This document shows positions 46,464 through 56,885 of a stretch of DNA of 64,000 bases, in pieces (position 1 is the first letter of the stretch; each line of letters opens with the position of its first letter). Source of the stretch: an uncultured Burkholderiales bacterium. Lineage in GTDB: Bacteria; Pseudomonadota; Gammaproteobacteria; Burkholderiales; JAEUOS01. The stretch covers positions 14,676-78,675 of the forward strand of contig CAYYFR010000006.1 of NCBI GenBank assembly GCA_964470865.1, read 5' to 3'. The notes beneath the pieces were generated by a model. The model was not told the origin of the DNA and did no database searches. It worked only from the letters and a program-made list of their open reading frames with translations. Both the position numbers and the translations under genes were made by a program.

Positions 46464-46670
46464 TCAACTGGCCTGAATATTCGATGCCTGCTTGCCCTTT
46501 TGGCACTGGTTCACCTCGCACTGCAGCTTCTATCCCTCTTTGAGCGACTTGAATCCCGGCATATCGATTGTCGAAAAATGTGCCAACAGGTCTTTGCCAC
46601 CCCCATCCGCGGTAATGAAGCCGTGGCCTTGCGCGTCGTTAAACCATTTCACGGTCGCAGTAGTAGCCAT
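46464..46670 (-). pseudogene. CspA-family cold-shock protein gene interrupted by an in-frame TAG
   Basis: Hand-translated: [67 protein letters not shown]. The TAG at 46530-46532 (codon 47) replaces the usual Gln (CAG). Csp-like sequence continues in frame to TGA 46464-46466. Confidence 0.7.
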
Positions 46671-47008
46671 GCGAGCACTTCATGAAATCGCGCCCAATTG
46701 CGCTTAGGATTGATCGGAATCCCGGGATGACCGTCAGCAAGCGTAAGCCAAATACGCACTGCTTGCCGATTCTGGGACAATTCCGCAGGCCTGCCGCAGC
46801 ATTTCCGGCGTGCCGCGGCAGTCAACAAACCAAACGTTTTGCGTTCTACGGCGTCCAATGACGCAAGTCAAGCACCTTCCGGGGCCTGGCTGCCGTGGCC
46901 GCCTGCTGTTGTATTTTTCACCACAAGGCCATTTGAAATCCCGGGGTGGCGCCCCATTTACCCCGATATCGCGGTTGCGGAACAGATGCGGATGGATACA
47001 ATTTCGAC

Positions 47009-47326
47009 ATGGCAAACAAGTTCGATTCGGACGGCGGTACGGTCCTTGAGCAACAGAAGCAGCAGGTCAAGCCGCCGTCGATGTACAAGGTGCTCCTGCT
47101 CAATGACGACTACACGCCGATGGAGTTCGTAGTCGGCACGATCCAGCAGTTTTTCAACAAGAGCCGCGAACAGGCGACCCAGATCATGCTCAAGGTTCAC
47201 CGGGAGGGCATGGCAGTATGCGGAATCTATCCCAAGGACATGGCCGGCACCAAGGTCGATCTGGTGACTCAGCATGCGCGTGCGCATCAACACCCGCTTC
47301 AGTGCACAATGGAAGAAACGGACTGA
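47009..47326 (+). CDS. clpS: ATP-dependent Clp protease adaptor ClpS
   Basis: [20 protein letters not shown]...[14 protein letters not shown] is canonical ClpS. Followed by clpA. Confidence 0.95.
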   Translation: MANKFDSDGGTVLEQQKQQVKPPSMYKVLLLNDDYTPMEFVVGTIQQFFNKSREQATQIMLKVHREGMAVCGIYPKDMAGTKVDLVTQHARAHQHPLQCTMEETD

Positions 47327-47422
47327 CCTTCTGACAAAGCGCCACAGATTTTTGGGTGCCTCGAAAAGGTTTTGGTGTAGAGTTGGTTTGCATGCCGGAT
47401 GCTCCGGCGATTAAGGCGAAAA

Positions 47423-49744
47423 ATGATTGCGCAAGAGTTGGAAGTCAGCCTGCACATGGCGTTTGTCGAAGCGCGGCAAAAACGGCACGAGTTCATCACT
47501 GTCGAACATCTGCTTCTGGCTCTGCTGGATAACCCGACCGCCGCCGAAGTGATGCGTGCGGTGGGTGCCAATATCGATGACCTGCGCAAGAATCTCGGCC
47601 AGTTCATCGCAGAGCACACGCCCACCGTGGCCGGTACCGACGACGTCGATACCCAGCCCACCCTGGGTTTCCAGCGCGTGATCCAGCGTGCCATCATGCA
47701 CGTGCAGTCATCGTCGAATGGCAAGAAGGAAGTCACCGGGGCCAACGTGCTGGTGGCGATCTTCGGTGAGAAGGATTCGCACGCTGTGTATTACCTGCAT
47801 CAGCAGGGAATCACCAGGCTGGACGTCGTCAATTACATTTCCCACGGCATCACCAAGCAGCCGCCGGAAAAGGAAAAAGCCGGTGCCGACAAGGCCGAGA
47901 ACCAGGAAGCCGAACAGGAAAGCGATGGCAAGCAAAGCCCGCTTGAGCAGTACACGCAAAACCTCAACAAGTCGGCAGCCGAGGGCAAGATCGACCCGTT
48001 GATCGGGCGCGAACTTGAACTTGAGCGGGTGATTCAGACACTGTGCCGGCGCCGCAAGAACAACCCCCTGCTGGTGGGCGAGGCCGGTGTGGGCAAGACC
48101 GCGATTGCCGAGGGGTTAGCCAAGCGCATCGTTGAAGGCGAAGTGCCGGAAATCCTCAAGGACTCGGTGGTCTATTCGCTTGACATGGGTTCATTGCTGG
48201 CCGGCACCAAGTACCGCGGTGACTTCGAGCAACGCCTGAAGGGCGTGTTAAAGAAGTTGACCAACAACCCGAAGGCAATACTGTTCATCGACGAGATCCA
48301 CACCCTGATCGGTGCCGGTGCGGCTTCCGGGGGCACGCTCGATGCGTCCAACTTGCTCAAGCCGGCACTTTCGAGCGGGCAACTCAAATGCATAGGCGCT
48401 ACCACCTATATCGAATACCGCGGGGTGTTCGAGAAGGATCATGCGCTGGCCCGGCGTTTCCAGAAGATCGACGTCAATGAGCCGTCGGTGGACGAAACCG
48501 TGCAGATTCTGCGCGGCCTGAAATCACGCTTCGAAGAGCATCACGGCATCAAGTACTCGGCTTCGGCGATTACCACCGCCGCCGAGTTGTCGGCACGCTA
48601 CATCAACGATCGCCAGTTGCCCGACAAGGCCATCGACGTGATCGACGAGGCCGGCGCGGCGCAGCGCATTCTGCCCAAATCCAAGCAAAAAAAGGTGATC
48701 GGCAAGACCGACATCGAGGAAATCATCGCCAAGATCGCGCGCATTCCGCCGCACAACGTCTCGTCGGACGATCGCAGCAAGCTGGCCAATCTTGATCGGG
48801 ACATGAAGAACGTGGTGTTCGGCCAGGATCCGGCCATCGAAGCGCTTGCCAGCGCCATCAAGATGGCGCGTTCCGGCTTGGGCAATCCGCAAAAGCCGAT
48901 CGGCAACTTCCTGTTTTCCGGACCAACCGGGGTCGGCAAGACCGAAGCCGCGCGGCAACTGGCCTACACCATGGGCATCGAGTTGATTCGCTTCGACATG
49001 TCCGAATACATGGAGCGCCACGCTGTCAGCCGCCTGATCGGCGCACCGCCCGGCTATGTCGGCTTCGATCAGGGCGGTCTGTTGACCGAAGCGATCACCA
49101 AGAAACCGCATGCGGTCCTGTTGCTCGACGAAATCGAAAAGGCCCATCCGGACATTTTCAATATTCTGCTGCAGGTCATGGACCACGGTACGCTGACCGA
49201 CAACAACGGGCGCAAGGCGGATTTCCGCAATGTGATCATCATCATGACCACCAATGCCGGCGCCGAATCGCTGCAAAAGTCGTCGATGGGCTTCACCAAC
49301 GCCAAGCAGGCTGGCGACGAGATGGTCGACATCAAGCGCATGTTCACCCCGGAGTTCCGCAACCGGCTGGATGCGATCATTTCGTTCAAGGCGCTCAACG
49401 AGGAAGTCATCCTGCGTGTGGTCGACAAGTTCCTGATGCAACTGGAGCAACAGTTGCACGAGAAGAAGGTCGATGCGATTTTCAGCGATGCCTTGCGCAA
49501 ACATCTTGCCAAGAAGGGCTTTGATCCACTCATGGGCGCGCGTCCGATGGCACGCCTGATCCAGGACACGATTCGCAAGGCCTTGGCCGATGAATTACTG
49601 TTCGGCAAGCTGGTCACCGGAGGCAAGGTTACCGTTGATCTCGATGGTGAAGGCGAGGACGCCAAGGTCAAGCTCACCGTGCATGCCGGCGAGGAGCCCA
49701 AATCCGATGGCAAGACCAACGACGAATCGATTGAAGTACTCTGA
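47423..49744 (+). CDS. clpA: ATP-dependent Clp protease ATP-binding subunit ClpA
   Basis: Clp N-domain and two AAA+ modules ([15 protein letters not shown]; [15 protein letters not shown]). Start at [14 protein letters not shown] (ATG 47423). Confidence 0.95.
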   Translation: MIAQELEVSLHMAFVEARQKRHEFITVEHLLLALLDNPTAAEVMRAVGANIDDLRKNLGQFIAEHTPTVAGTDDVDTQPTLGFQRVIQRAIMHVQSSSNGKKEVTGANVLVAIFGEKDSHAVYYLHQQGITRLDVVNYISHGITKQPPEKEKAGADKAENQEAEQESDGKQSPLEQYTQNLNKSAAEGKIDPLIGRELELERVIQTLCRRRKNNPLLVGEAGVGKTAIAEGLAKRIVEGEVPEILKDSVVYSLDMGSLLAGTKYRGDFEQRLKGVLKKLTNNPKAILFIDEIHTLIGAGAASGGTLDASNLLKPALSSGQLKCIGATTYIEYRGVFEKDHALARRFQKIDVNEPSVDETVQILRGLKSRFEEHHGIKYSASAITTAAELSARYINDRQLPDKAIDVIDEAGAAQRILPKSKQKKVIGKTDIEEIIAKIARIPPHNVSSDDRSKLANLDRDMKNVVFGQDPAIEALASAIKMARSGLGNPQKPIGNFLFSGPTGVGKTEAARQLAYTMGIELIRFDMSEYMERHAVSRLIGAPPGYVGFDQGGLLTEAITKKPHAVLLLDEIEKAHPDIFNILLQVMDHGTLTDNNGRKADFRNVIIIMTTNAGAESLQKSSMGFTNAKQAGDEMVDIKRMFTPEFRNRLDAIISFKALNEEVILRVVDKFLMQLEQQLHEKKVDAIFSDALRKHLAKKGFDPLMGARPMARLIQDTIRKALADELLFGKLVTGGKVTVDLDGEGEDAKVKLTVHAGEEPKSDGKTNDESIEVL

Positions 49745-49760
49745 CTTGCAAGCTTAGTGA

Positions 49761-49786
49761 AAGGCCGCCTGCGGGCGGCCTTTTTT
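49761..49786 (+). terminator. Rho-independent terminator after clpA
   Basis: AAGGCCGCC-TGCG-GGCGGCC followed by TTTTTT (49781-49786). Confidence 0.7.
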
Positions 49787-49900
49787 GTCGCTGCGCAGCA
49801 TGTTTATAAGCCTGCCGGCGCCTTCATTTGTGCGCGCGCATCGGGTACATTAAGCGGCGTTCCGATTTACTGACATGCCAAAAAAAGGAGGCCACATAGC

Positions 49901-50215
49901 ATGAGACTTGTTCAAATATTAGCGCTGGGTCTAGCGTTTGTTGCGGCTTCGGCCGCAGGTCAGGATCGCCATCAGGGGCGCAATCTGGCGGCGCAGTGCG
50001 CCAATTGTCATGGCACCAACGGGCAAAGCCAGGGCGGCATACCGGGCCTGGCCGGCCAGGCGCAGGCTGGCATGATCGCGCAGATGAACGCGTTCAAGAG
50101 CGGTCAGCGCAGCGGTCCGGCGGCCACCGTCATGCATCAGATCGCCAAGGGCTATACCGATGAACAGATCGCTCTGATGGCGGCGTTTTTCGCCGCCCAG
50201 AAGCCGGCCAAGTAG
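49901..50215 (+). CDS. fccA: Monohaem cytochrome c, probable flavocytochrome c sulfide dehydrogenase small subunit
   Basis: Signal peptide, single CANCH motif. Lies 8 nt upstream of the FCSD flavoprotein gene. AAGGAGG RBS. Confidence 0.7.
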   Translation: MRLVQILALGLAFVAASAAGQDRHQGRNLAAQCANCHGTNGQSQGGIPGLAGQAQAGMIAQMNAFKSGQRSGPAATVMHQIAKGYTDEQIALMAAFFAAQKPAK

Positions 50216-50223
50216 GGGGCGCC

Positions 50224-51519
50224 ATGCAAAGTTCCAACAGACGTTTCGACCGTCGCGACTTCCTCAGGGGTGCCGGTGCGGCCGGCGCGCTGGCAATTAC
50301 CGGCTGTGCCACCACCGCAGCGCCGCCGGCCAAGGTCGGGCGCGTCATCGTGATCGGCGGCGGCTATGGCGGAGCCACCGCCGCCAAGTACCTGCGCATG
50401 TGGTCGGAAGGCGCGATCGAAGTGTTCATGATCGAGATGAACCGCAGCTTTGTTTCCTGTCCCTTGTCCAATCTGGTGCTCGGCGGCAGCCGCAAGATCG
50501 AGGATCTGACGGTTGGTTACGCCGGCCTGCGCGAGTACGGTGTGCAGGTGATCAACGATGAAGTCACCAAGGTCAACGTCGACAAGAAGACGGTCGAGTT
50601 GAAGAAGATCCAGGATCTTGCCTACGACCGGCTGATTGTTTCCCCGGGTGTCGACTTCATGTTCGACCAGGTCGGCGCCTTGAAGGACCCGAAGGCACGC
50701 GAACGCGTGCTGCATGCCTGGAAGGCCGGGCCGGAGACAGTTGCCCTGCGCCAGCAGCTAGAGGCCATGCGCGATGGCGGCGTCTATGTGTTGGCGATTC
50801 CACGCGCGCCTTATCGCTGCCCGCCCGGCCCTTATGAGCGGGCTTGCCAGGTGGCGCATTATTTCAAGCAGTCCAAGCCGAAAAGCAAGGTCATCATCCT
50901 CGATGCGAATGAAGATGTGACCTCCAAGGCCGGCTTGTTCAAGGCGCAATGGAACGGCCAGTACAAGGGGTTGATCGAGTACCGCAACAACAACGAGGTC
51001 AAGGACGTCAACTTGGCGACCCTGTCGGCAGTGCTCGATGTCGGTGCGGACGTCAAGGCCGATGTGCTCAACGTTTTGCCGCCGATGCGGGCCGGCGATA
51101 TCGCGCAACAGGCAGGGCTTGTCACCGCCAACAACCGCTGGTGCGGAGTCGATTGGCTCAGCATGGAGTCTGTGGCGCGGCCGGGCATTCACGTGCTGGG
51201 CGATGCCACGCTTTCCGCGCCGGCGATGCCCAAGTCCGGTCACATGGCTAACCAGCACGCCAAGGTCGCGGCGGCGGCGATCGTCGAACTGATGAACGGG
51301 CGCACGCCATCGCCGGCGCCGATGATGGCCAACACCTGCTATTCGTTTGTCGATGACCGCAACGTCGTGCACGTGGCCAGCGTGCACGCCTACGACCCAA
51401 AAGACAAGACCATGAAGACAGTGCCGGGTTCAGGCGGGTTGTCGACTGCCGCTTCCGAGTTGGAGGGCGCTTACGCGAACGCATGGGCCAAGAACATCTG
51501 GCACGACATGCTGGGCTGA
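50224..51519 (+). CDS. fccB: Flavocytochrome c sulfide dehydrogenase flavoprotein subunit (FCSD/FccB-like)
   Basis: Tat signal RRDFLRGAGAAGALA, FAD fold VIVIGGGYGGATAAKYL, FCSD-type C-terminal domain. Confidence 0.85.
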   Translation: MQSSNRRFDRRDFLRGAGAAGALAITGCATTAAPPAKVGRVIVIGGGYGGATAAKYLRMWSEGAIEVFMIEMNRSFVSCPLSNLVLGGSRKIEDLTVGYAGLREYGVQVINDEVTKVNVDKKTVELKKIQDLAYDRLIVSPGVDFMFDQVGALKDPKARERVLHAWKAGPETVALRQQLEAMRDGGVYVLAIPRAPYRCPPGPYERACQVAHYFKQSKPKSKVIILDANEDVTSKAGLFKAQWNGQYKGLIEYRNNNEVKDVNLATLSAVLDVGADVKADVLNVLPPMRAGDIAQQAGLVTANNRWCGVDWLSMESVARPGIHVLGDATLSAPAMPKSGHMANQHAKVAAAAIVELMNGRTPSPAPMMANTCYSFVDDRNVVHVASVHAYDPKDKTMKTVPGSGGLSTAASELEGAYANAWAKNIWHDMLG

Positions 51520-51542
51520 ATCTGATTGCTGTAGCAGTAACG

Positions 51543-51565
51543 ACGGCGCCGCAAGGCGCCGTTTG
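51543..51565 (+). terminator. Possible terminator hairpin in the fccB / lipoprotein convergent gap
   Basis: ACGGCGCC-GCAA-GGCGCCGT followed by a T-poor tail TTGCGCTTATTT. Confidence 0.4.
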
Positions 51566-51568
51566 CGC

Positions 51569-52027
51569 TTATTTCGCTTCCGGGCGGCGTATGTTGCGGC
51601 GCAATTCGAGTTGCGCGTTTTCCAGTGTCACCGCAGCCGGCGCGGTCAGGTCGATGACCAACTCATAGTCGCCAACCTCGGCCACCTCGATCATCAGCAT
51701 GGTGCGTGAAATCACCTGCGCGCTTTCACTCATTGGCGCACTGGTGTTGTTGACCTGAAACGTGCCGGTTGCGATAGTCGCGCCAGCCTTGCGCAAAGTG
51801 GCGCGATAGCTGTTCCACTTGCCGGCCTCTGCGGTGTTCGCGGCGTAAGCCGCCTGCAGATTAAGTGCGATGGGGTTCATCTCCGGCCCGAGCGTGACGG
51901 TCAGCGGCGCGTAGCCGCCACTGCGCGCCTGCAGCGGAAAGCGTGCAACCTGCTCGCCGGTGAACAGGCCGTCGCAAGCGGCTGTCAGGAGACTCAAGAC
52001 AAGGGCGGGAATGGCGTAGTTGCGCAT
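51569..52027 (-). CDS. Hypothetical lipoprotein
   Basis: Lipobox LLTAACDG after a signal peptide. 152 aa, no family recognised. Confidence 0.6.
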   Translation of the reverse strand: MRNYAIPALVLSLLTAACDGLFTGEQVARFPLQARSGGYAPLTVTLGPEMNPIALNLQAAYAANTAEAGKWNSYRATLRKAGATIATGTFQVNNTSAPMSESAQVISRTMLMIEVAEVGDYELVIDLTAPAAVTLENAQLELRRNIRRPEAK

Positions 52028-52165
52028 GTGGTCGTTAAGGTTTGTTGAAAATCGACTGCAATCAGTGCAACCGGCACCTTGATGTATCGCAATCGCGCAA
52101 CGGCGACTGCGCGCTTGTTCAAGCGCCGCTCGACTTTGGTCGAACTGAGCGCCAATGACAACTTG

Positions 52166-52933
52166 CTATGCCGCGAAGTCAGCAACCACGGGCGCGTGGT
52201 CGGACGGCTTCTCCAGCTTGCGCGGCGCGCGGTCAATGACACAGGCGCGACAATCCGTGGCCAGTTGCGGTGACGCCAGGACATGGTCGATGCGCATGCC
52301 GGCATTGCGACGGAATCCGAGCATGCGATAGTCCCACCATGAAAAACTCTTTTCGGCCTGTTCGAACAGGCGGTAGCAATCCACCATGCCCTGGCCCAGC
52401 AACGCACTCCACGCCGCCCGTTCCTTCGGGCTGACCAGTACCTGGCCCTCCCAGGCGGCCGGGTCGTGAACGTCACGATCCTCGGGCGCAATGTTGTAGT
52501 CGCCCAGTAGAGCCAGTCGCGGATGTTGTGCAAGTTGCCGTGCCACATATGCCTGCATGGCATCGAGCCAGTCGAGCTTGTAGCGATACTTGTCCGATTC
52601 GAGGCTTTGGCCATTCGGAAAGTAGGCGCACACGATGCGCACACCACCAATTGTGGCGGCGATCACGCGCCTTTGTTGGTCCGCGTAGTCGGGCATGTCG
52701 GCACTGATGTCGGCCATCGGCAGGCGCGAAAGGATGGCCACGCCGTTGTAGGTTTTCTGGCCATTGATGGCCGATTCGTAACCGGCGGCGCGCAGTTCGG
52801 CCTGCGGATACTTTTCGTTGGTGAGCTTGAGTTCCTGCAGGCACAGTACGTCGACATCGGCTGTGGCGAGCCAGTCCAGTACATGGCCCAGGCGCACGTT
52901 CAACGAATTCACGTTCCAGGTGGCTAGGCGCAT
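52166..52933 (-). CDS. xthA: Exodeoxyribonuclease III
   Basis: MRLATWNVNSLNVRL...DVLCLQELK...SDHAPV are canonical EEP/ExoIII motifs. Confidence 0.9.
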   Translation of the reverse strand: MRLATWNVNSLNVRLGHVLDWLATADVDVLCLQELKLTNEKYPQAELRAAGYESAINGQKTYNGVAILSRLPMADISADMPDYADQQRRVIAATIGGVRIVCAYFPNGQSLESDKYRYKLDWLDAMQAYVARQLAQHPRLALLGDYNIAPEDRDVHDPAAWEGQVLVSPKERAAWSALLGQGMVDCYRLFEQAEKSFSWWDYRMLGFRRNAGMRIDHVLASPQLATDCRACVIDRAPRKLEKPSDHAPVVADFAA

Positions 52934-53083
52934 GGGATCTCGGTGTCACAAAAGGATGCCGCCAATCCGCCGGCCCCGGAGCGCGGCAGGCAGGTGGGGG
53001 CGATCCTCAAGGTATCAGGCAAGCGGCCGGGGCGCTTGGATCGCCCGCGATGGGGCGCTCGGGATTGGCGCAATCTTGGGTGT

Positions 53084-53788
53084 TCAGAAGCCCTTGAACC
53101 ATGTAGGCCGATTCGCGGCCGGGTCGGGGGCGGGCGAGGTGCCACCGGAGGGCGGGTTGCCCGCAGGAGGCACATTCGCCCCTGGTGCGGCCGCCGGCCC
53201 ACCCGGTGCCGGCGCTGCCGACGCCGTGGTGCTCGGTGGCGTGAACGGCGCCGCCGGCGCGGCCGGCGGATTCCTGTAGCTCGCAGGCAGCAGGCTGTTG
53301 GGCGGATAGCCGGCAACGTTGAGCGCGCCATTCCAGGCGCCCTCCTCGAAGCCGACCTGCTTGCCGTTGCCTACCATCATCACCGGTACCTGTGCGGCAC
53401 CGGTCGCATCCTTGAAAACCTTGAAGTCATCCTGGTTGCGCACGGTCTTCTCGGTAAACGGCACGCCGCGCTTGACCAGCAGATTGCGGCCCTGATTGCA
53501 GGCCTCGCACTCGTTGGTGGTGTACAGCGTCACCGGGAAGTTCTTGAGCGCCTGTTGCACCGCAAAGGGCAGGCCGCCGCCTGCACTGGCAGGTGCTGCC
53601 GCTGTGGTGTTGCCGCTGGTGGCAGGCTTCTGCACGCTCTTGGAGGAAGGTGGGGGTGGCTGGTCGCTATAGACCACGCGGCCATCCGCGCCGATGTATT
53701 TGTACTGCGCAAAGACGTTGCTCGCGCCAAGCGCAGCCAGCCCGCAGGCCAGCAGCGTGAATGACTTGAAAAAGTTGCGAAAGCGCAT
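53084..53788 (-). CDS. DUF4124 + glutaredoxin-domain protein with Pro/Ala-rich C-terminal tail
   Basis: Signal peptide, YKYIGADGRVVYSDQPP (DUF4124-like), glutaredoxin CEAC motif (LYTTNECEACNQGRNLLVKRGVPFTEK), low-complexity P/A tail. AAGGAG RBS before ATG 53788. Confidence 0.75.
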   Translation of the reverse strand: MRFRNFFKSFTLLACGLAALGASNVFAQYKYIGADGRVVYSDQPPPPSSKSVQKPATSGNTTAAAPASAGGGLPFAVQQALKNFPVTLYTTNECEACNQGRNLLVKRGVPFTEKTVRNQDDFKVFKDATGAAQVPVMMVGNGKQVGFEEGAWNGALNVAGYPPNSLLPASYRNPPAAPAAPFTPPSTTASAAPAPGGPAAAPGANVPPAGNPPSGGTSPAPDPAANRPTWFKGF

Positions 53789-53813
53789 CTGAGTCTCCTT
53801 ACAAATCATGGAG

Positions 53814-55868
53814 TTATGCTGACATCATACCATTGTGTCTGAGCAGCGCATCGATCTTCGGCGCGCGGCCACGAAATGCCTTGAAGTTATCCGCCGCGGA
53901 ACGGCTGCCGCCCATGGCAAGAATCTCGTCGAGAAAGCGCGCTCCGACCGCGGCATCGAACACACCTTCTTCCTCGAAAGCGCTGTAGGCGTCGGCCGAC
54001 AGCACCTCGGCCCATTTGTAGCTGTAGTAGCCGGCAGCGTATCCACCTGCGAAGATGTGCGAAAAATTGTTGGGAAAACGGGCATAGGCCGGTGGGCGCA
54101 TCACGGCGACGCGATCGCGTACCTCCTCCAGCAATGTCATCGGCGTCTGGCGGGCGCGATCGAAGCCATCGTGCAGCAGGATGTCGAACAGCGAATACTC
54201 GATCTGCCGCACCGTCTGCATGCCCGCCTGAAAATTCCTGGCCGCAAGCATCTTGTCAAACAGGCTTTGCGGCAAGGGTTTGCCCGTGTCCACATGCCCG
54301 CTCATGTGCTTCAGAACCTCCCATTCCCAGCAAAAATTTTCCATGAACTGGCTCGGCAATTCGACCGCATCCCATTCGACGCCGTTGATCCCGGCCACAC
54401 CGAGGTCATCGATGCGGGTCAGCATGTGGTGCAGGCCATGGCCGAACTCATGGAACAGCGTGATCACATCGTCATGCGTGAATAACGCCGGGCGCCTCTT
54501 CCCGTTGACCTCGCCCACCCCGCGCGCGAAGTTGCAGGTGAGGTAGGCCACCGGGGTCTGCACGCCGCCGGCCTTGCGACGGCGCGTAATCGCATCATCC
54601 ATCCAGGCGCCGCCGCGCTTGATGTCGCGCGCGTAGAGGTCCAGGTAGAACTGGCCCACCAGTTCACCGGCGGCTGTCTCGATCCGGTAAAAGCTGGCGT
54701 CGCCATGCCAGACCGGGGCCGTATCGGGCCGGATACACACCTTGAACACCGTCTCGACCAGCTTGAACAAGCCGGCCAGCACACGCGGCTCGGGAAAATA
54801 CTCTTTCACCTCCTGGTCTGAAAAGGCGTAGCGCGCCTGGCGCAGTTTCTCCGATGCGTACAAGGTGTCCCAGGCTTCGAGTGCCGAAAGGCCAAGCGAC
54901 TCGCGTGCGAATTCGCCGAGTTCTAGCATGTCGCGCTGCGCAAACGGCTTGGCGCGAACTGCCAGGTCGTTCAGGAATTGCTGCACCTCTGCTGGCGTCT
55001 CGGCCATTTTCGGCACCAGCGAAACGCAAGAGAAGCTGTCGTAGCCCAGGAGCGCCGCTTCCTCGGCACGTAGCGCAAGAATGCGGTCGATCAGCGGCGT
55101 GTTGTCGAGTTTCGCATCGCCGAATTCGGAGGCGCGCGTCACGTTGGCCTTGTATACGGTTTCACGCATTGCGCGATCGTCTGCGTATTGCAGCACCGGC
55201 AAATACGAAGGCGCCTGCAGGGTGAATTTCCAGCCCGCCTTGCCGTCCTTGGCGGCGGCTTCCCGCGCCGCCTCGCGCACGTCGCCCGGCAGGCCGGCCA
55301 GGCGCGCTTCGTCCTCGATACGTAGCGAGAACGCGTTGGTGGCGTCGAGCACGTTCTCGGAAAACTTCGAGCCCAGCGCCGCCTGTTCCTCGGCGATCTC
55401 CTTGAAGCGGGCCTTCTTCTCTTCCGGCAACTCCGCGCCACTCAGGCGGAAATCGCGAATCTCGTTATCCACGATGCGGCGTCGCGCCGGGCTCAAGTTC
55501 GGATAAGCCGTCGAGGCACGCAGGGCCTTGTATTTGCCGAACAGCGCCAGGTTCTGCCCCAGGTCGGTCCAGTACTCGGTGACCTTGGGCAGGTTCTCGT
55601 TGTATGCGTCACGCAATTCAGGGCTGTCCTTGACCGCGTGCAGATGGCCTACGGCGCCCCAGGCGCGCGACAGGCGTTCATTCGCATCCTCAAGCGGGGT
55701 GACAAAACCGTCCCAGTGCAGCGCATTGGTATCGGCAGTAATACGCAGGACGGTCTGGCGGCAGGCATCGAGCAGGCTGTCGATGGCCGGCGAGACATGT
55801 ACGCTTTCGATCTCGGCGAAGCGCGGCAGGCCGGAAAAATCGAGCAGGGGATTGTTGGACGGGGTCAT
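53814..55868 (-). CDS. prlC: Oligopeptidase A (M3 metallopeptidase)
   Basis: 684 aa with zinc motif [11 protein letters not shown]. Confidence 0.9.
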   Translation of the reverse strand: MTPSNNPLLDFSGLPRFAEIESVHVSPAIDSLLDACRQTVLRITADTNALHWDGFVTPLEDANERLSRAWGAVGHLHAVKDSPELRDAYNENLPKVTEYWTDLGQNLALFGKYKALRASTAYPNLSPARRRIVDNEIRDFRLSGAELPEEKKARFKEIAEEQAALGSKFSENVLDATNAFSLRIEDEARLAGLPGDVREAAREAAAKDGKAGWKFTLQAPSYLPVLQYADDRAMRETVYKANVTRASEFGDAKLDNTPLIDRILALRAEEAALLGYDSFSCVSLVPKMAETPAEVQQFLNDLAVRAKPFAQRDMLELGEFARESLGLSALEAWDTLYASEKLRQARYAFSDQEVKEYFPEPRVLAGLFKLVETVFKVCIRPDTAPVWHGDASFYRIETAAGELVGQFYLDLYARDIKRGGAWMDDAITRRRKAGGVQTPVAYLTCNFARGVGEVNGKRRPALFTHDDVITLFHEFGHGLHHMLTRIDDLGVAGINGVEWDAVELPSQFMENFCWEWEVLKHMSGHVDTGKPLPQSLFDKMLAARNFQAGMQTVRQIEYSLFDILLHDGFDRARQTPMTLLEEVRDRVAVMRPPAYARFPNNFSHIFAGGYAAGYYSYKWAEVLSADAYSAFEEEGVFDAAVGARFLDEILAMGGSRSAADNFKAFRGRAPKIDALLRHNGMMSA

Positions 55869-56710
55869 CGGGTTTCAGCGGCTTTCAAGGTATTGGCAAG
55901 CAACATTGCAATGGTCATCGGTCCGACTCCGCCGGGTACCGGGGTGAGCCAGCCGGCCACCTCGCGCACGCCGGCAAAATCGACGTCGCCGCAGAGCTTG
56001 CCGGCGGCGTCGCGGTTCATGCCCACATCGATCACGCAGGCACCGGGTTTGACCATGCCTGCGGTCACCAGGTTCACGCGGCCGACTGCGGCTACCAAAA
56101 TGTCGGCCTGGCGCGTGATTGCCGCCAGGTCCTGCGTCTTCGAATGACAAATGGTGACAGTGGCGCCGACTTGCAAGAGCAGCAGCGCCATCGGTTTGCC
56201 AACGATGTTGGAACGGCCGATCACCACCGCATGGCGACCCGCCGGATCGATGCCGCAGGCCTTGAGCATTTCCATCACCCCTGCCGGGGTGCAGGGTGCG
56301 AAGCCGGGCAGGCCGGTCATCAGCGCGCCGGCGCTGGCAACGTGGAATCCGTCGACATCCTTGGCCGGGGCGATCGCTTCGATCACCCGGTGGCTGTCGA
56401 TATGTGGCGGCAGCGGCAATTGCACCAGGATGCCGTGCAGGGCGGTGTCAGTGTTCAGTTCGGTCAGGCGGGCCAGCAACGAGGCTTCGGTGGTGTCGGC
56501 CGGCAGTGCGATCATTTGCGAATGAAACCCGGCCTCTTCACAGGCACGCACCTTGTTGCGCACATAAACTTTCGAGGCGGGGTTGTCACCGACGATGACC
56601 ACCGCGAGCCCCGGTGCTTGTCCGTGCGCCGCCAACGCCAGCGCGCGTGCGCGAAATTGGGTGCGCAGGCGCTGCGCCAGTGCGGCGCCGTCGATCAATC
56701 GTGCAGTCAT
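55865..56710 (-). CDS. folD: Bifunctional methylenetetrahydrofolate dehydrogenase/cyclohydrolase
   Basis: [48 protein letters not shown] are canonical FolD motifs. Confidence 0.95.
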   Translation of the reverse strand: MTARLIDGAALAQRLRTQFRARALALAAHGQAPGLAVVIVGDNPASKVYVRNKVRACEEAGFHSQMIALPADTTEASLLARLTELNTDTALHGILVQLPLPPHIDSHRVIEAIAPAKDVDGFHVASAGALMTGLPGFAPCTPAGVMEMLKACGIDPAGRHAVVIGRSNIVGKPMALLLLQVGATVTICHSKTQDLAAITRQADILVAAVGRVNLVTAGMVKPGACVIDVGMNRDAAGKLCGDVDFAGVREVAGWLTPVPGGVGPMTIAMLLANTLKAAETR

Positions 56711-56885
56711 GTCGAAAAGGGTCTGATGAGCGAGATGGGGGTGCCGGTGAATTGGCTGCGCGCGGCCTGCCGATCAGGTCATTCCGGGAAATGGCGGCAA
56801 GGTCCGGCTGCAGTCGACTTGGCCGGCCGTCGCTTCCGCCTGCTGCTGCGCTGCAGTTGCGCCGGCTCAATCCGCGCGGTGAGCG

